Below are positions 54,648-64,000 of a stretch of 64,000 bases of DNA, in pieces (within the stretch, counting starts at the first letter, position 1; each line of letters opens with the position of its first letter). The notes beneath the pieces were generated by a model that saw only the letters and a list, made by a program, of their open reading frames with translations, made no database searches and was not told where the DNA came from. Origin of the DNA: a bacterium (GTDB taxonomy: Bacteria; Zhuqueibacterota; Zhuqueibacteria; Residuimicrobiales; Krinioviventaceae); assembly GCA_963674595.2 (NCBI GenBank), contig CAXXFV010000004.1:32001-96000 (forward strand). Reading direction: 5' to 3'. The position numbers were made by a program, and so were the translations under genes.

Positions 54648-55668
54648 TTATCTCATTTAATATTTCAAGCACCGGACGACGATCAATACGTCCACTTTTT
54701 TCCAGATAATAACGGTAGATATATTTATACCATGAATATTTTATTTTTGCCTGAATACTTTGTAAAAAATACGAATCCAGCTCATACATAAACGACGGAT
54801 CAAAATAACAGTTTAACACACATCCCTGACAAAAGGAAAAACATCCCTGTTTCTGTAAAAATTCAGTAAATTCCGGACTTTGGCGAATAGTTTTCAAGGA
54901 TGTTGATATTTTAATTTTCTTTTGATAAAAATGATAACATGGCAGCAAAACACAATTATCCGGAGAAATAACAATTGCAGAGTTGACCACCTTACATTTT
55001 GATTTATTAACATTATTGCCGCCGGCCTTTCTCAACGTGTGAAAAGCTTTATTCACGTAAACGAAGGGAAGTTTGGCGTATTTTTCAATTTCATCCAGGT
55101 ATTGTGAATCTAAATTATGATTTTGTATATGCGAAAAAACCGGATTGACTATCAGCATAAATCCGGTTCTACGGGCAAAAGCAGCCGCTTGTGGCAATTG
55201 CGAAATATTGTCTTTTGTAACGGTATAAAGTAAATCCGGTTTTTCGTCCAATTCCCGGGCGATGTTTATACTCTGCATAACGGTATCAAAACATTTTTGT
55301 CCCCTAATTTCATCATGGTCATCGGCATTCATCGAATCCAGTGAAAAATGTAAAAAATCGACCCGCCCTTTTAACGCTTGCGCCATGTGCGGATACCGGA
55401 GGCAATTGGTTGTCAGCGTCGTTCGAAGTCCTGTTTTTTTTGCAAAGTCCAGCATATCCGGTAAATCCGGATTAAGTAATGGCTCTCCACCGGTAAAATC
55501 AACAAAACGCACACCCAGTTGCCGGGCTTCAACCAGGTTTTTTTTCACATCATCAAACTCGGCTTTGATGTGGTTCTCTTTATTTTCATTTTTCCAAATA
55601 TCACAAAACCGGCATTTGCAGTTACATTGATAGGTTATATAATAATGTAAAAGTATGGGCGGCAGCAT
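54625..55668 (-). CDS. Radical SAM protein with a C-terminal SPASM/twitch-like Cys cluster
   Basis: CNCKCRFC, FTGGEP, TTN, FSLD, and C-terminal C...ISPD....PC...C..C...C. Confidence 0.92.
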   Translation of the reverse strand: MLPPILLHYYITYQCNCKCRFCDIWKNENKENHIKAEFDDVKKNLVEARQLGVRFVDFTGGEPLLNPDLPDMLDFAKKTGLRTTLTTNCLRYPHMAQALKGRVDFLHFSLDSMNADDHDEIRGQKCFDTVMQSINIARELDEKPDLLYTVTKDNISQLPQAAAFARRTGFMLIVNPVFSHIQNHNLDSQYLDEIEKYAKLPFVYVNKAFHTLRKAGGNNVNKSKCKVVNSAIVISPDNCVLLPCYHFYQKKIKISTSLKTIRQSPEFTEFLQKQGCFSFCQGCVLNCYFDPSFMYELDSYFLQSIQAKIKYSWYKYIYRYYLEKSGRIDRRPVLEILNEINEKYDAI

Positions 55669-55670
55669 GT

Positions 55671-56798
55671 TTATGCTCTGAAATTCATTGTTTCAACAAC
55701 AAATTGTTCGCCCTTCCACTTGACCTTTGAATCAAATAAAAACAAAACCGGAAAAAAGACAGAATATCCAAAATATAAAATCTGGAAGGGCAAAAAATAT
55801 TTCAACAAATCAAATCTATCGAATTTTTTAACAACAGGCAATACGACAAGGAAATCAGAAACAATTTTTATCAACAATCCCGCAAAATAAAGTTGTAACG
55901 GTAAAAACAACCAACCAGTCATAATTATCAAGTGGGATAAAATACAAATCCCCATTAAACTTTTTGCAAAGGGCCTGGCCGCTTTTGCACCGATATACCA
56001 TCTTTTACGTTGTTGATAAAACCCGGTAATTGTTGAAACCGGCTGACTTTTAACAACAGCAGAGGGAGATGTTGTAAAATTTATTTTCCATTTTTTTTGT
56101 TTATTCAAAGCATCGATCAGGGCAAAATCTTCAACCAGACTAAAGCCTAACTTTCGGAACCCGCCAACCTGCTCATAAACAGAGCGGCGAAGAGCAAGGT
56201 TATTCCCCATCCAGCTTGCCGGTTTGCCGAGTATGCCACAGGCAGCGGCAACAGAAACAAGAAACAACTGGTCCATGGATTGTATTTTCCCTGAAATGGA
56301 TAAACGATCATGCTTTTTATCCAATAACGTGTAGCCGCCAACCAGTCCGGTTTGAGGACTAAAACGCTGTAAAAGTGTTGTTATCCAGTTTTCAGGAACA
56401 CTACAATCGGCATCTGTAAAAAAAAGAAACTCGCCATGACTTTGATCGATTCCTTCCAACAGCACACCGGCTTTTCCCGGCCTTTTTTTATTTTTCGATT
56501 CAAGGTAAATATATTTTATATGCGGGTGTACCTTTGTATATTTGGAAATTATTTGAGCAGACTGGTCTTTAGAATCATCATCCACAAGTATAATTTCCAT
56601 TTTTTCAACAGGATAATTGAGACTAACCAGCGATTGTATACATTTTTCCAGCGTTACAGCTTCGTTTTTAACGGCAATAATGATGGAAATAAACGGCTGC
56701 ACAATATCATTCTGATGTTCTTTTTTTAATAAAGCCCATGCAAGAATGAATGAAAAGAGAGCATAACTGAATATGCATATTAAAAAGACAATGTTCAC
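55671..56798 (-). CDS. Membrane-anchored GT2 glycosyltransferase (paralog A)
   Basis: N-terminal TM, IIAVKNE, DDDSKD, FTDADC, VED, QRKRW, and C-terminal TMs. Confidence 0.92.
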   Translation of the reverse strand: MNIVFLICIFSYALFSFILAWALLKKEHQNDIVQPFISIIIAVKNEAVTLEKCIQSLVSLNYPVEKMEIILVDDDSKDQSAQIISKYTKVHPHIKYIYLESKNKKRPGKAGVLLEGIDQSHGEFLFFTDADCSVPENWITTLLQRFSPQTGLVGGYTLLDKKHDRLSISGKIQSMDQLFLVSVAAACGILGKPASWMGNNLALRRSVYEQVGGFRKLGFSLVEDFALIDALNKQKKWKINFTTSPSAVVKSQPVSTITGFYQQRKRWYIGAKAARPFAKSLMGICILSHLIIMTGWLFLPLQLYFAGLLIKIVSDFLVVLPVVKKFDRFDLLKYFLPFQILYFGYSVFFPVLFLFDSKVKWKGEQFVVETMNFRA

Positions 56799-57580
56799 TG
56801 TTTGCGGACCCTTTCCAATCTCATTTGTACGGAACCACCCTGACCACCAAACTCGAGATAAAGCGGTAATTTTTGGTCATCGTTTGATAATATGATTAAA
56901 AGTTTGGAATCCGGTCCGGCAATCCTGTTTGTAAACAGGTCCGTTTTCCAGGGACGTCTTTTGTAATCAGGAAATGAGGAAAACTCAAAGGTATACATCA
57001 ATACCGGCAGATATGAAAAATCACCTTTTACATTCTCAGTCTGACGCACCACACCGTTCATTTTCCAGAATTCGTTTTCAACATCAAGGATAAATTCAAG
57101 ACTGTCACCCGGTTCAACCTTCATAGTCCGTAGATTATATAACAAAGATAATAAATTTTGCGAATGAGGACGAATATTATAAAACAATGTATCATTAACA
57201 GCAGCGATCAATTTTCCATGATCGTAATGTATGTTCATATTTTGTTCTATGTTCTTTTGATGGATTTTTTTTTCAACAGATAAAAGTCGTCCGGAAGCGT
57301 CCATGGTTGTTTTATATTGATTATCAATCTTGAACAAAAAAGAATAAAATCCCCTGGTAGCCACATTCCATAGAACAGTATAGTTATTACTATTATTATG
57401 TGATGTTTGAAAAATCATTGTGGATTTGGCTGATCCAAGCCCTTTATAACTTAATGAAAAATCTAATTTTTCATTAAGAAACGGACCATATTTTAAACTA
57501 GCAGAGTTATCGGTTTGACACAGAACGGGATTTGAAAAAAGGATGTAAAGATATAAAAGTAAAACTAGAATTTTTTCCAT
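56795..57580 (-). CDS. Secreted DUF3108-like protein
   Basis: Signal peptide, E.L.F.LSY.G....A pattern, LS.LY.LR, and C-terminal LSND..KLP...G.V.M.L. Confidence 0.65.
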   Translation of the reverse strand: MEKILVLLLYLYILFSNPVLCQTDNSASLKYGPFLNEKLDFSLSYKGLGSAKSTMIFQTSHNNSNNYTVLWNVATRGFYSFLFKIDNQYKTTMDASGRLLSVEKKIHQKNIEQNMNIHYDHGKLIAAVNDTLFYNIRPHSQNLLSLLYNLRTMKVEPGDSLEFILDVENEFWKMNGVVRQTENVKGDFSYLPVLMYTFEFSSFPDYKRRPWKTDLFTNRIAGPDSKLLIILSNDDQKLPLYLEFGGQGGSVQMRLERVRKQ

Positions 57581-58785
57581 ATAGACACAAATTTTTGTAG
57601 TAATGGTTTAACAGGACCAACTGAAGCAGCATGGTCCCGCCCTTTCCAGTTATAATTTCCAAATGTTCCTGCCAGTCCGACAATGACGATATAAGGCATT
57701 TGTAAAATAAACCATAGAGGAAAAAATCGTAACAAGTCCTGACGTTTAAAAATTTTCGCCCCGGTAAACCCAACAAGCAATTCAGCAGCCGCTTTGGCGG
57801 CCAGACAAACAGTAAAAACCGATAAATAGGAACCGAAAATAGCGGCCAGGGCAAATCCGAAAAACAGAAACAGGTTGCTCATTAAAACCAAAACAAGATA
57901 TATGAAAAACGGAATATTTTGTTTCAATTGATAAGAACCGTTGGAAGCCCATCTTTTTCGTTGGTTGATGAGACTGTTCAAAGTCGGTTGAGGTTCGGAA
58001 ACAGCAAAAGCAGCATCGGAAAAGGCAAAAACGGTTTTAAACGGTGTATACTTGCGAATTAGCTGTAAAAGCAAAACATCATCGCCGGAAATACGGTCTG
58101 CTACCTTTTTATAGCCCCCAACCATTTCAAAGGCCGTCCGCCGATAAGCCAAATTCTGACCAGAAGCGGCTAAAGGCATACCCAGGTTACAGGTTGCGGC
58201 AGTAGCGCTCATAAGCTGTAAAAAGTCGAGAGCTTGAAGATTTTCAACCAAATTTTGTTTTTCACCAGGCTTTCCATATTGTGAAAAGCCGACGACAAAA
58301 CCGACCTTGGGTGTAAAACAGGAAACCATTGTCTCAATCCATCGAGAACCGACGCGGCAATCCGCATCTGTTGCCAGTATAATATCACTTCTGGACATTC
58401 TTATGGCGCTTTGTAAAACATATTTTTTAGGACTGAATCCCGTTGGTATTTTTGAAACCTGAATGAGTCGAATATTATTAAACTTTTGAGAAAATCTTTC
58501 AACAATATTGGCGGTTTTATCTGTCGACCCGTCGTCCGCCACAATAATTTCAAATTTATCAACGGGATAGGTCTGACAAACAAGATCATTTAAAATGTTT
58601 TCAATGTTTTTTTCTTCATTTCGGGCGGCAATAATAACACTGGCGCTTAAAATCTCTTTATTTACACTTTTTCGTCGTAAATGAATGCCTACAAAAAAAA
58701 CAAAAAGAGTAAAGACATACAACAAAGTAAATAATAGAGTTATTTGTGATAAAAAAACCAAAGAGACCTGCCAGTTTATTTCCAT
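57565..58785 (-). CDS. Membrane-anchored GT2 glycosyltransferase (paralog B)
   Basis: IIAARNEE, DDGSTD, SPKK, ATDADC, NLAYRR, SGDD, QRKRW. Confidence 0.92.
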   Translation of the reverse strand: MEINWQVSLVFLSQITLLFTLLYVFTLFVFFVGIHLRRKSVNKEILSASVIIAARNEEKNIENILNDLVCQTYPVDKFEIIVADDGSTDKTANIVERFSQKFNNIRLIQVSKIPTGFSPKKYVLQSAIRMSRSDIILATDADCRVGSRWIETMVSCFTPKVGFVVGFSQYGKPGEKQNLVENLQALDFLQLMSATAATCNLGMPLAASGQNLAYRRTAFEMVGGYKKVADRISGDDVLLLQLIRKYTPFKTVFAFSDAAFAVSEPQPTLNSLINQRKRWASNGSYQLKQNIPFFIYLVLVLMSNLFLFFGFALAAIFGSYLSVFTVCLAAKAAAELLVGFTGAKIFKRQDLLRFFPLWFILQMPYIVIVGLAGTFGNYNWKGRDHAASVGPVKPLLQKFVSIWKKF

Positions 58786-59888
58786 TCAATCTTTTTTAAT
58801 TGCCCAAGCAGCCCAAAAACCACAATATAAGGAACATGAAACATTGCAGCCAGGGGAAATACAGACAAAAACTTTTTTCTTTGCATTTGTTTTGCATAAA
58901 CAAACAGTAAAACAAATTCCGATATAGTTTTAAACCCGAAACATAATATAGGTAATAAATTTTTATTATCCAAGCAGGACAATGGGACAAGCACCAAAAA
59001 CAAAAGATTAAAAAGATAATAGACGGCCAGGGCAATCACCATTTTGGGCGTGTAATGCAACCCTTTGGAAGCATGGCGGATGCGTTGAAGAACAAACTGC
59101 CGAAAAGAGTTTAACAATCTCGTCGGAACAGCCAACGCACCTTGAAAAGCATAGGCAATTTTCCATGATGTTTTTTCAAGGACCAATTTTAAAAATAAAT
59201 CATCATCACCGGAGACAAATTGTTCAATGTCCTTAAATCCACCGACCTCATAAAACAGCTTTTTTCGATAGGCCAGATTTCGGCCATTACAAGTGGCAGG
59301 TCGTCCCCAACCGGTCGTGCCGGCGGCAACGGCTGCCAGGGAAAGGGCTTCCAGGGCAATCAAATAATCTGCTATCTTTTTTGGATCAGGATGTTCATAA
59401 GGAGAAAAGCCCAAAACCATACCGATATCAGGTGTAAAGTAAGAGACCAACCCGCTGATCCATCGTTCAGGGGGAAAACAGTCCGCATCCGTCAATAAAA
59501 TAATTTCACCTTCTGCCCTGTCAATACCGGCTGTAATGGCATTTTTTTTGGGAGAAACAACCGCATCACGGTTTTGGGATGCTATTAAGGTTATGTTTAC
59601 GTCCCCATGTTTATCGGAAAAATCCCTGACATATTCTGCAGTGTGGTCCTGCGACTGGTCATCGACAAAAATAATCTGATACTTTTCTTTAGGATAATCC
59701 TGTTGATACAAAGCCGAAAGCAATTCTTTTACATTTTTTTCTTCATTACGACCGGCAATCACCACGGAAACAAAAGGTAAATTTTCATTGTCCGGTTTTG
59801 GTAAACGGAAAAAACCAGCCAATATAAAAACAATAATAAAACAATAAACCACTGTAAAGATAAAAAGGATAATCGATAAAGTAACCAC
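58776..59888 (-). CDS. Membrane-anchored GT2 glycosyltransferase (paralog C)
   Basis: VIAGRNEE, DDQSQD, SPKK, LTDADC, NLAYRK, SGDDDLF, and variant QRIRH. Confidence 0.92.
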   Translation of the reverse strand: MVTLSIILFIFTVVYCFIIVFILAGFFRLPKPDNENLPFVSVVIAGRNEEKNVKELLSALYQQDYPKEKYQIIFVDDQSQDHTAEYVRDFSDKHGDVNITLIASQNRDAVVSPKKNAITAGIDRAEGEIILLTDADCFPPERWISGLVSYFTPDIGMVLGFSPYEHPDPKKIADYLIALEALSLAAVAAGTTGWGRPATCNGRNLAYRKKLFYEVGGFKDIEQFVSGDDDLFLKLVLEKTSWKIAYAFQGALAVPTRLLNSFRQFVLQRIRHASKGLHYTPKMVIALAVYYLFNLLFLVLVPLSCLDNKNLLPILCFGFKTISEFVLLFVYAKQMQRKKFLSVFPLAAMFHVPYIVVFGLLGQLKKIEWK

Positions 59889-59921
59889 AAGAATCCATTC
59901 GAATTTATATTTTGTTCTGGA

Positions 59922-61491
59922 CTAGTAATTGATAAAAAATTCAAAACGCGCTAAATGGTCATTAAAATCATTATCCAAAATATGACCGGTATTTTTTGTG
60001 TTTGAAAAAGTGTATGATAATGACAGAAAAATATCCCGACGGATTTGATTTCTCAATTTAAAACCTAACAATTGACGGCTTTCAACCACACCTTCCAAAA
60101 ATATTTTCCTATCCCCTTCAAAAGGACGTGTTTTAGTATTTGCTTCACCTTCACCGGACCTGATTTTTTCATAAAAGCATTCCAGGCGTACATCGCGATG
60201 AAAATTTATACCAAACTGAACAAACAAATCATCAGCGTCCGGGCCCATCCAATTGCCAATAACGTTATCATAATTCGTATAAATATTCATTGAATCCCAA
60301 TGCGTATAAACATAAGGATCAATACGAGTATATTCTAATCGAAAATCAGAATTATCCAGTCCCAGGGGGTTCACCCAATGAGCACCAGCCAAAAACCCAA
60401 GCTTTGTTCCAAAATATTTAAATGGATTTTTAGACGAATTCATATCGTCCACAAAAAGTTCGGCATAAGCCTTTACACAAGGTATCAACGTAACATTAAG
60501 GTCAAAAAACAGATTATTGTTATCCTTATCACCCAGATGATGTTCGGCGACATGGTAAGGCATAATCGGATTAAGATAAGCAAGTTCTACATTTCGGTTG
60601 CCATATATCACCGTTTCTCCGGCGCCAAACACAATACCAGGTTTTATCAGGATATCCAAACGATGGGCGGCCAGGTATTTTGAACCGAGACTGCTGCTGA
60701 GAAAACTATGAAGACTTGGTAAATTTGAATCGTTTGAAACGGAGATTAAAGCGAATCATATTTTCCGGCAGCATATTACTGGAAATAGCCGGGTTCCCAC
60801 GATATCCGGGTCCCCAGGCAATTTCATCTTTGCCTATTTCTATATTTATTTTGTGTGTTCCATAATATAAATAGGCAATCGCCTGGTCCTGGTATACGTT
60901 TTCACCAACCTTACCTATAGGTCTTCCCTGAGAAATATTAAAATTTTCTCGATCGACATCATCTCCCCGTGTCATCATATTTTGCGCATCAAGGTAAAAA
61001 TCAATTTTATTCAAGACTGATCCTCGGATAATGGCACCCGCTGTTGTTTCAGAAATAAGCAGATCCGGATCATATTGCTCACCCTTTTTAGATATAACGG
61101 CTTCCCTTGCATAAACATCGCCGTAAAAGAAACCGGTAGAATCCGAGTAATAAAGTGTGTGCTTTTCACGGGATTTTATGAATACCTTGGGATCAATTGC
61201 TTTAATCTCATCAATAAAATCACCTTTTAACTGTTCCAATGTCTCCGTTTCAACACGGGAAAGTCTTATTTCTCCCCTTTCCTGCTTTTTCTCCACCTGG
61301 TACAAAAAATCAGCAAATATATAACGCGAAACCGGTCGTGTATTTAAATCCATAGAAAAAACACCCCGGGCCTCCATACGGTCCAAAAACTCATATCCCC
61401 AATAATCCAAAGGGACATTCACCAAACCAGCCGCATATAATGACGTAACAGAAAGTACAATTAAAAAAAAGATTCTAATTTTATTCACCAC
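59922..61491 (-). pseudogene. Capsule assembly Wzi-family outer-membrane barrel (~522 aa) split by one extra base near 60716
   Basis: Removing one A from ACC-A-AGT fuses the two ORFs as KFTSLHSFLSSSLGSKYLAAHRLDI. Signal peptide, GKDEIAWGPG, YLNP, DN, Y.ELFVDD and C-terminal aromatic residue fit Wzi. Confidence 0.75.
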
Positions 61492-61524
61492 AAAAGCCTC
61501 AAAAAAATTATATTGATAAACATT

Positions 61525-62684
61525 TCAACCCTGTTCAGCCGGATCGATTTTTCCCTTTTTATAAAAACGGCCTTTCCACTGAAAACGGCCGCTCAAGCTT
61601 AATATACCCATAAAAACAATATATAACATCTGAAATACTTGCGCAATCAGGAAAAACAGCCATGAGAATTTAATTCCCACCAACCGCATTCCTTTTCGAA
61701 TAAAAATCGAATCCGTAAAAATTTTACTCAACAAAAAAAAACAGGGGCGCCCAAACCGGTAATGATGAAAAAAGGCTTAAAAAAGGACCGGCCAATATCA
61801 GCACAAAACAAATATAAGCAAATCCTTCAAAAATCAAAACCGATTTCGGGTAACAGTTTCCCTTGGAAGACCAACGCATTCTTTGCATAAAAAAATCTTT
61901 TAACGATGGATTGCACCCGGTAGTGACGATTGCCTTTTTATTCAAACAAAAATTATAGTCCCATTGACCATGTTTTGAAACTTTTTGCAAAAACAAATCA
62001 TCATCACCGGAACCGTATTCGTAAATACCATCAAATCCATCAACAGCCAGGAAAACATCCCGCCGATAGCTGAAATTTGCACCATTTGCCATAAAAGGCT
62101 TTTTTAAACCAAAACCGGCGGCACCGATTAAAACCAAAGACAAAGAATCCAGCATTTCCAGCTTGCTCAACAATGAATTGTCCGGTTTGACCACAAGCCA
62201 GGACGCAACGACACCGGTATCAGGCGAATAGCACTCAACCATTGACTGAAGCCAATAGGGACCGGCGACACAATCCGCATCAATAGTCAAAACTATATCA
62301 CCCTGACTATTTTGAACACCCAGTTCGATGGCGCGTTTTTTTTGCCGAATAAGCTGATGACGTCTCTTTAAGATAAAAATATTTAACATGCGAAAATTTT
62401 TCCTGAAAACTCATGATAATATTTCGAGTGTTGTCTGTAGAAGCATCATCAACAACAATCACTTCATAGCAATTTTCAGGGAAAACCTGAGATGTCAAAG
62501 ACGACAGGCATTTTTCGATATTTTCCTGCTCATTTCGCGCCGGAACAATAACCGTAACAAAACCGGAAAATTTATTTTTTTTCTGTTGTTTAGCCAGCCG
62601 TAAAAGTCCATACAACAAAGCTAAAATCGATACACTATATATAACGGCCGAAATAATATAAAAACAGGTTAAAAACTCAATCAT
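61525..62684 (-). pseudogene. Membrane-anchored GT2 glycosyltransferase (paralog D, ~385 aa) split by two +1 homopolymer frameshifts
   Basis: VPARNE, DDASTD, then SAKKRAI across the run at 62336-62343, TIDADC, SGDDDLF, QRMRW, then LFFLLSKIFTD across the run at 61733-61741. Confidence 0.85.
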
Positions 62685-63649
62685 AACTCGGTTCTTTTTC
62701 CAATTGATGTATTTGTGACCGGTTTTTTAAAATCGGATACAATCCGGCAATAGCCGGTATCATAATATTTATAAGGAACAAAAGGAGTGAGGCATCAAAA
62801 GCGGCAGCCTGGGGAACAGACAACCGTCCCAACAATAAAACAGAAGCGCTTTCACGGACACCAAGGTCTCCAAAGGAGATCGGGACAAATGATTTTGCCA
62901 ATAAAATTGAAGCCACGGCAGCCCAGCCATTTACAAAACCGACAGGGTGAAAGGCATTTACCAAAAAATAAAATTGTAACTGATAAACAAGTACATTGGC
63001 CGCAACAATAAAAATCAATTTTATGATGCGTTTTTTTGAAAGCCGGGTTAAACTTGAAAAAAACTGTTCGATTTTGGGATGTTTTTTAAAACGGTCTTGA
63101 AAACGCAGGAACAACCTTTTTAATAAAACAGGGTGTGTTATAAAATACAAAATCAAACAACAGATACAACAAACAGCCGCGACAATTAACCACCTGACAC
63201 CGATAGAGAGGTATTGATGAAAAAGCAATAAAAAAACCGACAATTCCCAAAAGATAAATAAAAAAGATCGAAATAAACTTTTCAACGACAATAAATCCTA
63301 ACAAACGCGGCCAGCATCCCTGTTTAATAAAAAAACACCTTCCGTATTCTCCTACCCGACCCGGTGTGATAAATCCCAGGGTCATTCCGGCGAGCAATGA
63401 TAAAAATATCTCGCCATTTCGACTTTGTACATTATCCAAACGGACCAAAAGCTGCCAACGTTTATACTGCAAAAAGATATTAACCGGCAGCAATAACAAC
63501 GCAAACAAAACATAGGGCCAGGCCGCTGATTGCAGAGCATTATAAATTTCACTGATGCTGATTTTTTTTACAAGGACAAATAAAATCAACAGGGCAATAC
63601 AAACTTTAATTGCAAACAAAACCTTTTTGTTAAAAAACCTGAAATGCAA
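62677..63649 (-). pseudogene. UPF0104 / lysylphosphatidylglycerol-synthase TM (flippase-like) protein (~323 aa) split by a +1 frameshift in a T7 run
   Basis: RW..L, TPGRVGEYGR, EK, then PISFGDLGVRE...IPAIAG. The frames join at the run at 63230-63236. Confidence 0.8.
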
Positions 63650-63654
63650 ATATG

Positions 63655-64000
63655 TTACCTTTTTAGATTTTTTACATCACGTTGCGCCAGTATATACCAT
63701 GTCGGCATAAAACAATTATTTAATAAACCCTTTTTATCGGAAACAAACAACTGTAGAATTTTATAAAGACGAATTTTTTTAAAAAACAAAATACATTCAA
63801 GATGAAAAGGCCTGCTCCAGATACTTGCCGGATGATTGAAAGCATATTTTACGACCCTTTTGTGCACATAACTCCAATTCCAGTTCTTTTCAAACAAACC
63901 AAAAATTTCTCTATTTCCCAGCAACTGCGGAAAATCCGGACGGTTTGGGTCCTGCCAATGTAAAAAATCAGCAACTATGCTTTTTACGGCTGATCGTTTT
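63655..64000 (-). CDS. 3' end of a hypothetical protein, possibly a SAM-dependent methyltransferase C-terminus; runs off the right edge
   Basis: The frame stays open to the window edge (KRSAVKSIVADFLHWQDPNRPDFPQLLGNREIF...FMPTWYILAQR). The product guess is weak. Confidence 0.6.
   Translation of the reverse strand, partial: KRSAVKSIVADFLHWQDPNRPDFPQLLGNREIFGLFEKNWNWSYVHKRVVKYAFNHPASIWSRPFHLECILFFKKIRLYKILQLFVSDKKGLLNNCFMPTWYILAQRDVKNLKR

Noticed and set aside
1-64000. CRISPR arrays, tRNA/rRNA genes, riboswitches, IS elements, prophage or defence genes
   Set aside because: I saw no spaced direct repeats, cloverleaf-like sequences, transposase or integrase motifs, or long unexplained intergenic regions. 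A covariance-model scan was not possible.

Overview
Gene-dense, AT-rich bacterial chromosomal window with no rRNA, tRNA, CRISPR array or mobile element that I can see. The gene set (kdsB, lipoproteins, outer-membrane barrels, bshA, a DGGGP-synthase-like UbiA gene, DUF1080 with Gfo/Idh/MocA) suggests a diderm FCB-group organism such as KSB1 or Calditrichota; this is inference only. Main blocks: (1) a sugar kinase resembling plant L-arabinokinase, an inositol monophosphatase and a GalU-like transferase, divergent from an SDR and a large flavoprotein; (2) an operon behind a sigma54-type promoter: sensor kinase, small Cys-rich ORF, NtrC-family regulator, serpin, coiled-coil protein and beta-barrel; (3) housekeeping and redox genes (bshA, phoD, asnA, bcp, ferritin-like, LarA family, MFS, FG-GAP lipoprotein, two flavodoxins); (4) a ~21 kb glycan-utilisation locus with two GH38s, DUF4838, HEAT-DUF1080, Gfo/Idh/MocA, a BNR sialidase-like protein and an SSS transporter, which unexpectedly contains kdsB and a deoxyhypusine-synthase-fold orphan and is the best candidate for an undescribed system (possible Kdo/LPS-core scavenging); (5) ubiA-dtd-maf-rodZ-mpl-R3H; (6) an envelope locus with four paralogous GT2s, a radical SAM protein, a PHP protein, DUF3108, Wzi and a UPF0104 protein. 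Six single-base frameshifts split four genes and look mostly like assembly errors.
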